The notes: generated from the sequence alone by a model not told the origin. A stretch of 64,000 nt of DNA from an uncultured delta proteobacterium (GCA_963733195.1 CAVTCR010000060.1:64799-128798); one strand, 5' to 3'. Positions 9,726 to 20,560 are shown, counted from the stretch's first letter. Program-made: numbers and translations.

Positions 9726-11093
9726 ATGAATTCTTCCTCGTCCGTACGAGACCAGTTGCAAGTGCTTTTTTCTGCAGCGGTTTCTGCAGTTGACCCACGT
9801 TCCCTCATAGACCGTAGCGTACGTAAAGAGCAAGATAGTCTTCTTGTCCAACCACCTGGAGATAGTTCTCTGCACTACCGTTTCCCACTCCATGGGCGGA
9901 TTTTCTTAATTGGTGCAGGAAAAGGGGCTGGCTTTCTCGCCCAAGGACTTGAGCACCTCCTCAAAGGACTCGAGATTATAGGAGTGATTGTTGTTCCTGC
10001 CGGTCAGAAGACCGACCTTCATCGTGTGGCGGTTGTTCACGGCGAGCATCCATTGCCAGGGGAAGGAAGCCTACAGGGAGCAAAGGCCATATTCGCCCTG
10101 CTTGCCCAGAAGCGACCGGGTGATCTGATCTGCTTTTGCTTAACTGGTGGGGCATCGAGCTTACTGGTCAGCCCAGTAGAAGGTGTTTCTCTTGCTGATA
10201 AAATTGTTGTCAATCAACTTCTGCTTGCATGCGGAGCAGATATTCATGAGGTGAATAGCGTACGCAAGCATCTCTCGCGTATCAAAGGCGGCGGACTTGC
10301 TCGCGCTGTGTTTCCCAATCAAGTAGTGAGTTTTATTCTTTCAGATGTCTTGGATGATGATGTGAGTACGATCGGTTCAGGACCGACCTCTCCAGACCCT
10401 AGTACCTTCGCTGAAGTATGGGAAATCGTAGAACGATACGCTCTTCTTGACCAACTCCCACCGTCTGTCCGTTCTCACTTGTTCACTGGATGTCAGAGAT
10501 TGCAACAGGAAACGCCCAAGCCCGGGGATAAGATTTTTTCTCGTGCCCATAACATTCTCGTTGGTTCTAACCGCTTAGCACTTGAAGCTGCTGCTATCAC
10601 AGCGCGAACGCTCGGCTTCGTCCCACACATTCTCCCAACTCCGCTGTCTGGTGACACGACCGACTCTGCTCGCTCCTTTGCGCATACCCTTCACTTGCTA
10701 TTGCCTATCTGTCGAGCACCTATGTGTGTACTTGCTGGCGGAGAAACGACTGTTCGCATTACCGGAAAGGGCAAAGGAGGGCGCAATCAGGAGTTTGCCC
10801 TTCTCGTTGCCGAAGAGTTGCAGGGAAAGCACGGGTGGGCGCTACTAAGTGCAGGCACAGACGGAATCGACGGACCAACAGATGCGGCTGGTGCCTTTGT
10901 CGATGGCAATAGTGTAAAACGGGCACAACAGCGGGGACTTGTACCCTCGCTATTGCTCAAAGCAAACGATACGTACTCGCTATTTTCTGCGCTTGAGGAT
11001 CTTTTCATTCCTGGACCGACCGGAACTAATGTTATGGATATCAAAATCGCCCTCCTCTGGCCGACCACATCATCGGCTGACCGTTCCTCTTGA
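9726..11093 (+). CDS. Glycerate 2-kinase (MOFRL/TtuD family)
   Basis: GAGKG, TGGASSL, RKHLSRIKGG, GGETTV, GGRNQE, GTDGIDG, TGTNVMD. Confidence 0.92.
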   Translation: MNSSSSVRDQLQVLFSAAVSAVDPRSLIDRSVRKEQDSLLVQPPGDSSLHYRFPLHGRIFLIGAGKGAGFLAQGLEHLLKGLEIIGVIVVPAGQKTDLHRVAVVHGEHPLPGEGSLQGAKAIFALLAQKRPGDLICFCLTGGASSLLVSPVEGVSLADKIVVNQLLLACGADIHEVNSVRKHLSRIKGGGLARAVFPNQVVSFILSDVLDDDVSTIGSGPTSPDPSTFAEVWEIVERYALLDQLPPSVRSHLFTGCQRLQQETPKPGDKIFSRAHNILVGSNRLALEAAAITARTLGFVPHILPTPLSGDTTDSARSFAHTLHLLLPICRAPMCVLAGGETTVRITGKGKGGRNQEFALLVAEELQGKHGWALLSAGTDGIDGPTDAAGAFVDGNSVKRAQQRGLVPSLLLKANDTYSLFSALEDLFIPGPTGTNVMDIKIALLWPTTSSADRSS

Positions 11094-11133
11094 ACTCTTG
11101 CGTAAAAGTCGAGACATTATTAAGAGAGGAACT

Positions 11134-11736
11134 ATGGAAAAAAACCGCACAACAGGCACGACTGGACGCGTCCCTCCAGGACAACATTTGGTAGAGAAAT
11201 GGCCGGTTCTTAGTTATGGGCCAACGCCACGTTTTAACCCTGCCGTGTGGGATTTTCGCCTCTTTGGTTTCGTTGAACGTCCTGTCCGACTGAATTATCA
11301 ACAATTCCGTACCCTACCACAAAACCGCCTCATGGCAGATTTTCACTGCGTCACCACTTGGTCTCGCCTCGACAACACGTGGGAAGGTGTTCTGGCGAAA
11401 GACGTCGCCGCACTCGTACAACTCAAGCCTGAGGCTCGTTATGTCGTTATCCACTGTGAGGGTGGATATACAACGAACCTGACACGTGCCCAGTTTCTTG
11501 ATGATGATGTGATTTTTGCACATCGTCATGACGGTCGGGACTTAGAGCCTGACCACGGCTGGCCGCTCCGGTTGGTCGTGCCGAAGCTGTATGCGTGGAA
11601 AAGTGCTAAATGGGTACGAGGAATAGAGTTCTTAGCCGAGGATAAACGTGGCTTCTGGGAAGTCCGCGGTTACCACAATCGTGGAAATCCCTGGAAAGAG
11701 GAACGCTACAGTGATCAAGAAGAAGACGAAGAGTAG
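11134..11736 (+). CDS. Sulfite oxidase-like molybdopterin oxidoreductase (cytoplasmic, single domain)
   Basis: PPGQ, DFHCVTTWS, HGWPLRLVVP, KSAKW, GFWE; ATG 11134 with AGAGGA SD. Confidence 0.9.
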   Translation: MEKNRTTGTTGRVPPGQHLVEKWPVLSYGPTPRFNPAVWDFRLFGFVERPVRLNYQQFRTLPQNRLMADFHCVTTWSRLDNTWEGVLAKDVAALVQLKPEARYVVIHCEGGYTTNLTRAQFLDDDVIFAHRHDGRDLEPDHGWPLRLVVPKLYAWKSAKWVRGIEFLAEDKRGFWEVRGYHNRGNPWKEERYSDQEEDEE

Positions 11737-11925
11737 ACGTCCAACCTCTTCCCTTTCTTGCTGATTTTCACTTTTCCTCCCTTGTCTCTGGTTGTGTATC
11801 TACTCCTTCTTTACTAGGTAGCCTACCAGTGCGAGGAGGCGGATATCGAAGTATTCCCTCTCCTCATTTGAATAAATGTATGTTCATTTTCGTTTTTTCT
11901 GAATGGGCGTTCAGTCAAAATTTTC

Positions 11926-11953
11926 TTGACAAGGCCTAGGAGAGAGATATAAA
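11926..11953 (+). promoter_or_regulatory. Putative sigma70 promoter
   Basis: TTGACA-N16-TATAAA about 65 nt upstream of the 12020 start. Confidence 0.6.
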
Positions 11954-12019
11954 GAGTTCCTTGCGTACTCCTCTAACGAACGGCCTCCAGGTGCGACACC
12001 GGAGTACCGGAGAAACACA

Positions 12020-13150
12020 ATGGCAGTGTATACACCTTTAGATCACAGGACGGTTGCGAACCTCGTGAGCACGTACGGACTCGGCAATCTCAGCAAAATG
12101 ACGGGAATTCCTGTCGGTTCGGTAAATACTCACTATCTGTTAGAAACTTCCAAGGGGAAAGTGATCCTCAAAATCGACGAAGCTAAAAGCTTATCTGAAG
12201 CGGAGCGAGAACTTTCTTTATTGCTCTTCCTACGCGAACGTGACTTTCGCTGTCCACAGCCGTTAGTCGATCGCACTGGGCAGTATTACCATGCGTACAA
12301 AGGAAAGCCGATTTCTCTGTATGCACTGTTGAGTGGTAAGAGCTTCCCAGAGGCACAACTGACAACTATTCAGCTTAAGCACGTCGGACAGATGCTCGCC
12401 ACTCTTCACCTACTCAGTCCCGGCTATCCAAAAGACGAGGACAATCGCTTTAGTGCTGCTCGCGTGCTCTCCCTCTATCAGGAGGTCAAAGATTGCTTGC
12501 CTGGCTACTTACGTCATCTAACTCATATGCTCGATGATGAGGTAATCTACCAACAGCAGTACCAGGAAGATCGCCTGCCAAAGGGGATCATTCATGGGGA
12601 TCTGTTTGCGGATAATCTTCTTTTCCGCAAAGATAAAGTCGTCGGTGTCCTCGATTTTGAAGCCGCATGCTACGGGAAATTCATCTATGACGTAGCTACA
12701 GCGGTCAACGCTTTATGCTACCTCGACGGACGCTATGTTATCGATCGCTTTGATGCGTTAATCACAGGCTACCAAAGCGTACGGACTTTGACGCTCACCG
12801 AATGGGACGCCTTTCCCAATGAGTTACGCTTCTCTGCTTTTCGTTTTACTATCACTCGCCTGAAAGACTTCTTCTTGCGCCCGATGGAAGCACGAGATCG
12901 AGTCAGTAAAGACTTTCGTGAGTTTTTTGATCGACTCCAAGTCTTACGCCGCGAACGCTCAGGCGGTATGGACCGACTTCTCCTTGCTATGGCAACTGGC
13001 TATGATTATCGCCAGTACCAAAAACCCCCGGCAGCCCACGATAAGCCGGAAGGGCGAACGCCAACACAGAATAGGAGAAGCGGAGGAAGACAGCGAGAGG
13101 CCCCAATTTCGCAATTGCGAATACAGAAACGTACCGCGGCTGCTCGTTAG
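12020..13150 (+). CDS. thrB: Homoserine kinase type II (APH/phosphotransferase fold)
   Basis: MAVYTPL, GSVNTHY, GIIHGDLFADN, LDF motifs. Confidence 0.8.
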   Translation: MAVYTPLDHRTVANLVSTYGLGNLSKMTGIPVGSVNTHYLLETSKGKVILKIDEAKSLSEAERELSLLLFLRERDFRCPQPLVDRTGQYYHAYKGKPISLYALLSGKSFPEAQLTTIQLKHVGQMLATLHLLSPGYPKDEDNRFSAARVLSLYQEVKDCLPGYLRHLTHMLDDEVIYQQQYQEDRLPKGIIHGDLFADNLLFRKDKVVGVLDFEAACYGKFIYDVATAVNALCYLDGRYVIDRFDALITGYQSVRTLTLTEWDAFPNELRFSAFRFTITRLKDFFLRPMEARDRVSKDFREFFDRLQVLRRERSGGMDRLLLAMATGYDYRQYQKPPAAHDKPEGRTPTQNRRSGGRQREAPISQLRIQKRTAAAR

Positions 13151-13175
13151 TAGTCGTCCTTCAACAACTACCGCC

Positions 13176-14666
13176 ATGTTCAAGAAGATTCTCATCGCGA
13201 ATCGCGGCGAGATTGCCAGTCGTATTGCGCAAACGTGCCGTGAACTCGGCATTGCCACGGTCGCCGTATACTCTGAAGCTGACCGTTCCTCGCCTCATGT
13301 CTATGCCGCAGATGAAGCACTGTGGATTGGTCCAGCGCCAGCGAAGGAAAGCTATCTTAATGCAGAGGCCGTTATTGCCGCCGCGCAACGAACTGGGGCG
13401 CAAGCAATTCATCCAGGCTATGGCTTCCTCTCCGAAAATCCCACGTTTGCCCGTTTGGTAGGAGAAGCCGGACTCACCTTCATTGGCCCTTCTCCAAATT
13501 CCCTCGCTGCGGTTGGGAATAAAATTTTTGCTCGGCAGACTGTAACAAAACTCGGGGTGCCTGTGGTGCCGGCGTTAGAAAATCCTTCCCGCGACCCAAG
13601 CGTCTTACAAGAGCAGGCGCGTGCCCTCGGTTATCCGCTACTTATCAAAGCAGCCTCAGGTGGTGGTGGCAAAGGTATGCGTATCGTTCGCAACGAAAAA
13701 GACCTCGCCGAGTCAGTCGCCGCTGCCGAGCGCGAAGCACTCGCGGCGTTCGCTGAAGGGACTGTCTATCTGGAGCGTTACATTGAACGCCCGCGTCACG
13801 TCGAGGTACAAATCCTAGGGGATACGCATGGTACCCTTGTTCATCTCGGCGAGCGTGAATGCTCAATCCAGCGACGTTATCAGAAAATCCTCGAAGAAAC
13901 CCCTTCTCCAGCGATGAATGAGAAGCTACGCGAGGAAATGACCGCGGCCGCATTAACTGTGGCCAAAGCAGCTGGGTATTACAACGCGGGAACGGTTGAG
14001 TTTATCCTTGACGATACTGGGCGCTTCTATTTCCTCGAAGTAAATGCGCGCTTGCAAGTAGAACATCCGATTACAGAATGGATTACTGGCCTTGATCTGG
14101 TGCGAGAACAAATTCGCATTGCTGCCGGAGAACGGCTCGGCTTTACTCAGCGCAATATTCAGCGGCGTGGGCATGCTTTTGAGTGTCGTATTTATGCAGA
14201 AGACCCAGCTCACGGATTTCTTCCCTCACCAGGTAAAGTACTACTCTGGCAAGCTCCCACAGGCCCTGGAGTGCGAGTTGATGCCGGAGTCGAATCTCAC
14301 ACTGATGTATCCGTCTATTATGATCCGATGATCGCGAAACTTTCGACCTGGGGCCAAGATCGAGAACAAGCTCGTCGCCGGATGGAATCGGCGTTACGTC
14401 ACTGTGTCGTCTTGGGTCCCACAACCAATATCGCATTTCTTCGTGATTTACTCGCCCATCCAGCGTTCATTGCCGGGGCAACTCACACTGGGTTTCTTCC
14501 CGAACATTTCGCACAATGGCAGTCGCCCAACGCTCCACATCTCCACATCGCAGCTTTTGCCGCAGCATTCAGCCACAAACAGTCTGCTCTGAAATCTTTA
14601 CAGAGCGCACAATCCTTCAACGAAACCCCTTGGCAGCAACTAGGGGGTTGGCGCACCGGAAACTAA
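13176..14666 (+). CDS. Acyl-CoA carboxylase biotin carboxylase subunit (MCC/PCC-type alpha)
   Basis: MFKKILIANRGEIA, HPGYGFLSEN, GGGGKGMR, RECSIQRR, EVNARLQVEHP, YYDPMIAK. Confidence 0.93.
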   Translation: MFKKILIANRGEIASRIAQTCRELGIATVAVYSEADRSSPHVYAADEALWIGPAPAKESYLNAEAVIAAAQRTGAQAIHPGYGFLSENPTFARLVGEAGLTFIGPSPNSLAAVGNKIFARQTVTKLGVPVVPALENPSRDPSVLQEQARALGYPLLIKAASGGGGKGMRIVRNEKDLAESVAAAEREALAAFAEGTVYLERYIERPRHVEVQILGDTHGTLVHLGERECSIQRRYQKILEETPSPAMNEKLREEMTAAALTVAKAAGYYNAGTVEFILDDTGRFYFLEVNARLQVEHPITEWITGLDLVREQIRIAAGERLGFTQRNIQRRGHAFECRIYAEDPAHGFLPSPGKVLLWQAPTGPGVRVDAGVESHTDVSVYYDPMIAKLSTWGQDREQARRRMESALRHCVVLGPTTNIAFLRDLLAHPAFIAGATHTGFLPEHFAQWQSPNAPHLHIAAFAAAFSHKQSALKSLQSAQSFNETPWQQLGGWRTGN

Positions 14667-14686
14667 TCCGATAACAGAGAAAACAC

Positions 14687-15214
14687 ATGAAAACGACACT
14701 GCATTCACATGGGAGTGCGCTGGTGGTCGAGTATCGTCAAGCTGGAGATGAATATACAGTAACAGTAAGTGATAAAACACTTCAAGCCCAGATCCTTACC
14801 GCACATGATGGGGCACTCACACTTCTCGTTGATGGACAATTACTCCGAGCGCATGTCGTGAACGACGGACCGCGTACGCTCGTAGCTATAGACGGACGCG
14901 TATATGAATTTCACCACGTAGAGAGGCAAATCGCCCAAAGCCGTCAACGCGAAGCCGGACGATTGAGCCCAGAGATCCACTCACCAATGCCCGGGAAAAT
15001 TTTGGAAGTCCGCGTAACAGAAGGAGTAAGCGTCGAAGCTGGGCAGGTCCTCGTCGTACTGGAAGCAATGAAAATGGAGAACGCACTTACTGCTGAAGGA
15101 CCTGCCCGTGTACGTAAGATTCACGTTTCATCTGGTGAACTTGTAGACCTCGGCCAACTTTTGGTTGAGCTTGAGTTTCCACAAACGACCTCGCAAGCCG
15201 ATCAGCCTAACTGA
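14687..15214 (+). CDS. Biotin carboxyl carrier protein with BT-like N-terminal domain
   Basis: SPMPGKI and EAMKMEN biotinylation motif. Confidence 0.92.
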   Translation: MKTTLHSHGSALVVEYRQAGDEYTVTVSDKTLQAQILTAHDGALTLLVDGQLLRAHVVNDGPRTLVAIDGRVYEFHHVERQIAQSRQREAGRLSPEIHSPMPGKILEVRVTEGVSVEAGQVLVVLEAMKMENALTAEGPARVRKIHVSSGELVDLGQLLVELEFPQTTSQADQPN

Positions 15215-16116
15215 GCGCCGACACGTACGCCATTCTGTAGCGCGAACTCTGCAGCAGCGATTTTTCCGCCTTCACCGCGCACTTTTTTAGCAATGATTGT
15301 CCCGCCAGGAGCAGCGATGTGTAGATCTTCGCCCTCAATCGCTGTCACTTGGCCGGGAGACGCAGAAGACGTGTTCGGCTGCAGACGACAATCGTACAAA
15401 CGTACCATTTTGCCCTGCCACGTTGTGTACGCTCCCGGCTGAGGGTCGCAGCCACGAATGCGATTGTAAACAATTTGAGCTGGTTGCGTCCAATCAATCC
15501 GCCCATGTTCATCACTACAGGGAGGATCGTAGTTCGCTCGTGATTCATCTTGCACGATACGTGGGGGATTCCCGGCTTTAATGAGGTCTACCGACTCTGC
15601 AATGGCATCAACTCCAACAGGGAAAAGTTTATTGAAGTACAATGTCCCGGTGGTGTCGTCGGGACCAACAGCAACTTCCTTCTGCAAGAGAATCGGCCCA
15701 GTGTCGATACCTTCATCGACCCAGAACAACGTGACGCCAGTCTTTGCTTCCCCGTTGATCAAGGCCCAATTAATCGCACTCCGGCCACGATACTTCGGCA
15801 ACAGCGAAGGATGGAAACAGATGCTGCCAAACCGAGGAACATTGAAAACTTGCGGTGGAACGATCTGGGTTACGAAGGCTAAGATCGCTAAATCCGCATT
15901 AAGAGAAACAAACTGCTCGCGCACTTCGGGAGTTTTGAGTGTCTTGTGTTGATGCACGGGTATGCCGAGCTGGATCGCTCGTTGTTTAACCGGATCGAAC
16001 TTCCCTCCCGGAGCATCAGGTGGGCAGAACACAGCGAGCACGTCCTCACCTTTACTCGTAAGTTTGTCGAGTGTCTTCTCGGCAAATGCGGCTTGTCCAA
16101 TAAGAATAATGCGCAT
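15202..16116 (-). CDS. Formyltransferase-family protein resembling the 10-formyl-THF dehydrogenase hydrolase domain (Fmt-like)
   Basis: IGQAAF, FHPSLLPKYRGRSAINW, DEGIDTG, IRGCDPQPGA. Confidence 0.8.
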   Translation of the reverse strand: MRIILIGQAAFAEKTLDKLTSKGEDVLAVFCPPDAPGGKFDPVKQRAIQLGIPVHQHKTLKTPEVREQFVSLNADLAILAFVTQIVPPQVFNVPRFGSICFHPSLLPKYRGRSAINWALINGEAKTGVTLFWVDEGIDTGPILLQKEVAVGPDDTTGTLYFNKLFPVGVDAIAESVDLIKAGNPPRIVQDESRANYDPPCSDEHGRIDWTQPAQIVYNRIRGCDPQPGAYTTWQGKMVRLYDCRLQPNTSSASPGQVTAIEGEDLHIAAPGGTIIAKKVRGEGGKIAAAEFALQNGVRVGAQLG

Positions 16117-16160
16117 GGGTATTTGCCCCTCCTTCACTCATGCTTGTTCCTTACCAACAG

Positions 16161-16896
16161 CTAAGGGAAAAGGTCGCGACACATACGACCAATAACTGTG
16201 GCTATGCGTTGCGCTCCCTCAGTAGTGGCAATCAGCCTGTTATTGATTTCCAGCTCAAGGTACACTAGACCATTCCGCTCTCCATGACTACGAGCACTGA
16301 AAATCAACCCGTCGTACCCTGAATACGGTTCGTTATAACGGACGCGATGGCCATCGCGGCCAAGATGTCCCCCTACTTCTTGTGCCAGATCTTCATAACG
16401 ATCAAACAGAACACCTAAATCAAACCGTCGTTCTTTCTTCTCCTAGAACAGGTGTAAAGCTGTGGATACTGAGTAGAGTGATAGGTTGGTGGCCATTTTT
16501 TCCTGCAAGGAGACTGTCAATCGCTTCATGATACGGCCGATAGAATTGGTCTATACGTCTCTGGTATTCCTCTGGTGACACATCACGGTTTCCGAGAATG
16601 ACGGTTCGATCGCTCTCTCGCACGATAAGGTCGTGATCATTCAGATCTCGGTTACAGTCGATGAGTAGCCGTGAATAGCCAGAACAAATCGCTGGGACGT
16701 CAAGGGTTTGCGCAAGTGAAGCGACGACCGAACGCGCACCAATATCCCAACCAATATGCCGCTGTACTTCCGCGGAAGAGAGACCAAGGTTCTGGTATTC
16801 CTGTGGAAGTGCATAGGACGCATGCTCGCAGGTAAGAACTAACGGAAACTGCCCTTCTGGATTAATCAGCTCAAACGAGTTGCTGTTTTGCTGCAT
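16161..16896 (-). CDS. N-formylglutamate amidohydrolase family protein; frameshift near 16430
   Basis: TCEHAS, HIGWDIG, SRLLIDCNR, SIHSFTP; shifted frame continues FDLGVLF...NEPYSG...ELEINN to stop at 16161. Confidence 0.88.
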
Positions 16897-16952
16897 GCCT
16901 CCTGATTACTGAAGGAGGGGAAAAGTTGCAAGTCTTCCTAGATAAAACTCCG

Positions 16953-16981
16953 TTGACAAAAGAACAGGTTATTCATATAAA
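16953..16981 (+). promoter_or_regulatory. Sigma70 promoter for the IclR gene
   Basis: TTGACA-N17-TATAAA, 45 nt upstream of ATG 17026. Confidence 0.75.
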
Positions 16982-17025
16982 GTAAAACGTTTTTTGCCAT
17001 CTGACCGAGGTTCCAAGGAGGCATC

Positions 17026-17802
17026 ATGGTTCGCCGTGAAAAGAGCAACTACATTATCCAGGCTGTGGCTCACGCTCTGGATGTACTTGAACAGTTCCAC
17101 GGTGACGCAGAGTTAGGAGTTACAGAACTCAGTAAAAGGTTACGACTCCATAAAAACAATGTTTTCCGTATTCTTGCGACTCTCGAATCCCGGGGCTACA
17201 TAGAGCAGAACCGTTCTACTGAAAACTATCGTTTAGGAACACGCTGTTTGCAAATGGGTCAAAGCTATATCCAGCATATGGGATTGCTCAGGCAAGCACG
17301 TCCGATCATGGCAGAGGTGGTGAAAACATGTCATGAAAGCGCCTATGTTACCGTTATGCGCAAGGGTAAAGTCGTTCCTCTGGATATGGTTGAATCTGAC
17401 CAACCAGTACGTATCGTTTCTCATATCGGCGAGGCGTTGCCTCTCTATTGCACTGCGGCTGGAAAAATTCACCTTGCCTTTGAGCCCGCTGACGAAATCC
17501 AGCGGAACTTTCCAGAAGGGCTTGAGCGCTATACCGAGAATACAATCATTGATCGTCGTGTCTTGGTGGACCAGTTGAAAGAAGTGGCCACAGTAGGCTA
17601 CGCCCTCGAGAACGGTGAATACCTTGCTGACGTGCGCACGATTGCTGTACCAATTCGTGATTACACACGCACTGTGGTTGGCAGTCTCGCGGTCAGTGGT
17701 CCTGCCTATCGGATTCCCTCTGAACGGATTGAGAAAGAACTTTCACCCCTCGTGCTCAATGCTGGCCGAGAACTCTCGGTTCGATTGGGCTATAACGCAT
17801 AA
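17026..17802 (+). CDS. IclR family transcriptional regulator
   Basis: HTH GVTELSKRLRLHKNNVFRILATL; LYCTAAGK; AVPIRD...SLAVSGP. Confidence 0.93.
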   Translation: MVRREKSNYIIQAVAHALDVLEQFHGDAELGVTELSKRLRLHKNNVFRILATLESRGYIEQNRSTENYRLGTRCLQMGQSYIQHMGLLRQARPIMAEVVKTCHESAYVTVMRKGKVVPLDMVESDQPVRIVSHIGEALPLYCTAAGKIHLAFEPADEIQRNFPEGLERYTENTIIDRRVLVDQLKEVATVGYALENGEYLADVRTIAVPIRDYTRTVVGSLAVSGPAYRIPSERIEKELSPLVLNAGRELSVRLGYNA

Positions 17803-17898
17803 AGCTACAGCGCTTGACAGTGGCATGCAGACGCGCTGAAGTAGGGCGGCATCTCAGCCCCGTACCCCCACCATATCATCACATGGAGGAATAGTGGA

Positions 17899-18651
17899 GT
17901 GAAAACGCTAGTTACGGTCAAGCGCGTTCCTGACCCAGAAACGACGATTCGCGTGAAACCCGATGGATCAGGAATCGTCACTGACAACGTCAAGTATGTC
18001 ATCAACCCGTTCGATGAAATCGCTATCGAAGAAGCACTACGGATCAAAGAAAAGCTCGGCGGTGAAGTGATTCTTGCTAGCATTGGCGCCAAAGTAGTCA
18101 CCGAACAATTACGCACGGGGTTAGCCATGGGTGCTGACCGTGCGGTTCTGATCCTCTGCGAGCAAGAACTCGACTCGCTAGCAGTAGCCCGCGTCTTTGC
18201 GAAACTCGTCGAAAACGAAAAACCTGAGTTGGTCGTCATGGGCAAACAAGCTATTGACGATGATTCCAATCAAGCAGGCCAAATGCTTGCAGCTCTCCTT
18301 GATTGGCCGCAAGCAACATTTGCCTCAAAGGTCGAATTCGCCGCAGATCAACAGTCCGTTCAAGTCACGCGCGAGGTTGACGGAGGATTAGAAACAGTAG
18401 GCTTCTCCTTACCAGGTATTATTACTGCTGACCTGCGCTTAAATGAACCTCGTTATGCCTCACTGCCAGGAATCATGAAGGCTCGCAAGAAAGAGATTAA
18501 AGAGGTTCCTATCGCCGACTTAGGTGCTGATGCTACCCCGCGACTGAAAGTCCAAAAACTGGAGCCACCAGCAAAGAAACAAGCGGGCAAGAAACTCGAT
18601 ACCGTCCAGGCGCTCGTGGATTCGCTCCACACAGAAGCGAAAGTGATCTAA
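17899..18651 (+). CDS. etfB: Electron transfer flavoprotein beta subunit
   Basis: [35 protein letters not shown]. Confidence 0.96.
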   Translation: MKTLVTVKRVPDPETTIRVKPDGSGIVTDNVKYVINPFDEIAIEEALRIKEKLGGEVILASIGAKVVTEQLRTGLAMGADRAVLILCEQELDSLAVARVFAKLVENEKPELVVMGKQAIDDDSNQAGQMLAALLDWPQATFASKVEFAADQQSVQVTREVDGGLETVGFSLPGIITADLRLNEPRYASLPGIMKARKKEIKEVPIADLGADATPRLKVQKLEPPAKKQAGKKLDTVQALVDSLHTEAKVI

Positions 18652-18662
18652 GGAGTACTGAA

Positions 18663-19631
18663 GTGGGTAACGTTCTTGTTTTTGCTGAACATCACAAAGG
18701 AAAATTTCCTAAGAGCACCCTGATTGCGTTGCAAGCTGGGAAAGAAGCGGCAAGTAAACTTGGCGGCGATTGCATCGCCACCGTCTTGGGGGCAGGAGTT
18801 GATGCCCTTGCGAAAGAGATCTCTGGATATGGGGTTGCCAAGGTCATTGCTGCGGATGATGCAGCGCTTGCTGATTATCTTGCTGACGTCTACACAGCAA
18901 CGCTCGAACAATTGATCAAAGCTAATGACGTATCGTTACTAATCGCAACTTCCACTGCCGTTGGGAAAGATTTACTTCCTCGTGTCGCAGCACGTCTTGG
19001 CGTGAGTATGGCCACTGACGTCGTCGCCATTAACGAGGACGGCACGTTTAAGCGACCGATGTACGCAGGTAATGCACTCGCGACCGTTTCACTCGACGGA
19101 CCAGTGAAAGTTATCTCTGTTCGTGGAACGGCTTTTGACGCGGCGAAACCTGAAGGGCAGGCTTCAGTGGAGAAGGCCAGTATCAAACTCGATGCCGCCG
19201 CGAAGAAAATGCAGTTCGTCTCCTTCAATGAGATCAAGTCTGATCGTCCGCAGTTGACTGAAGCACGGATTGTTGTGTCTGGCGGTCGCGGTTTGAAATC
19301 GGGTGAAAACTTTACCACCTATTTAGAACCGTTGGTCGACGCGCTCGGTGCAGCGATGGGCGCGAGTCGTGCGGCTGTGGATGCGGGTTTTGTACCGAAC
19401 GATCTTCAGGTCGGTCAAACGGGGAAAGTTGTCGCTCCAGAACTGTACTTTGCGGTTGGGATTTCCGGCGCGATTCAGCATTTAGCCGGAATGAAAGATT
19501 CCAAAGTGATCGTCGCGATCAATAAGGATCCCGAGGCACCGATCTTTAGCGTCGCCGATTATGGCCTCGTAGCCGACCTCTTCAAAGCTGTCCCTGAGCT
19601 GACTGAAGAAGTGAAGAAGCTCAAAGGATAA
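18663..19631 (+). CDS. etfA: Electron transfer flavoprotein alpha subunit
   Basis: VSGGRGL, GASRAAVDAG, QVGQTGK, GISGAIQHLAG, INKDPEAPIF. Confidence 0.96.
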   Translation: MGNVLVFAEHHKGKFPKSTLIALQAGKEAASKLGGDCIATVLGAGVDALAKEISGYGVAKVIAADDAALADYLADVYTATLEQLIKANDVSLLIATSTAVGKDLLPRVAARLGVSMATDVVAINEDGTFKRPMYAGNALATVSLDGPVKVISVRGTAFDAAKPEGQASVEKASIKLDAAAKKMQFVSFNEIKSDRPQLTEARIVVSGGRGLKSGENFTTYLEPLVDALGAAMGASRAAVDAGFVPNDLQVGQTGKVVAPELYFAVGISGAIQHLAGMKDSKVIVAINKDPEAPIFSVADYGLVADLFKAVPELTEEVKKLKG

Positions 19632-19810
19632 GAAATTTTCGCAGGGCTGCTGATAGCGCGGCAGCTCTGCTCCTTTCCTGTCACTCGCCCACTCACAATT
19701 CCTCGACAGCAGTCGCCAAGGCAACAAATCGAAAAGCCCAGCTTTATCGATGGTAAAACCAAATCGTACGGCGACGGTTTTGTTTTGTGCGCGGAAACCC
19801 TGAAACCGTT

Positions 19811-20560
19811 TCACCGCGCTGTAAACCCACCATCGATCACTAGCTCACTTCCTGTCACAAACGACGACTCGTCTGATGCTAAATAGAGCACACCGTAGGC
19901 GACTTCCTCTGGCTTTCCATCACGCCCGAGGGGAGTCATGCGTAATACCATCTCGCGCCGTTCGGGATTAAGCGGTGCGGTCATCGGCGTCTCGATACGG
20001 CCTGGGTGGATCGAGTTCACACGAATCTTATCCTGAGCATATTGGACAGCAGCATTCTTGGTAAGTAATCGCACTGCACCTTTGCTCGCCTGATACGCCG
20101 GGATATTGGAGAGGCCGACCAGTCCGGCTATCGACGAGATGTTAATAATCGACCCGCCTCCAGCCCGGCGCATGGCTGGAATAGCGTGTTTCATTCCCAG
20201 AAACACGCCAGTCTGGTTGACGTTAATGACTTCGTTCCATGCTTCAAGGCTCGTCTCATCAAGTGGCGCCATACGCACGATTCCAGCATTATTCACCAAG
20301 ATGTTAAGTTTGCCATAGGTCCGTTCAGCGGTTTCGACCGCACGTTGCCAGTCGCTTTCTTTTGTCACATCCAGATGAATATAGATTGCTGCACCGCCTT
20401 GCTGGGAAATCTCCTGCACAGCTTTTTGTCCAGGCTCATCAAGCACATCGCCCATGACCACTTTCGCGCCTTCACGAACGAAGAGCCGCGCCTCACATTC
20501 CCCCATGCCACGGGCTGCGCCAGAAATAAGTGCTACTTTTCCATCGAGTCGTCCTGCCAT
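19811..20560 (-). CDS. Short-chain dehydrogenase/reductase (NAD-dependent, hydroxysteroid/cyclopentanol DH-like)
   Basis: ISGAARGMG, NNAG, YQASK, RVNSIHPG; ATG 20560 with GGAGG SD. Confidence 0.93.
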   Translation of the reverse strand: MAGRLDGKVALISGAARGMGECEARLFVREGAKVVMGDVLDEPGQKAVQEISQQGGAAIYIHLDVTKESDWQRAVETAERTYGKLNILVNNAGIVRMAPLDETSLEAWNEVINVNQTGVFLGMKHAIPAMRRAGGGSIINISSIAGLVGLSNIPAYQASKGAVRLLTKNAAVQYAQDKIRVNSIHPGRIETPMTAPLNPERREMVLRMTPLGRDGKPEEVAYGVLYLASDESSFVTGSELVIDGGFTAR

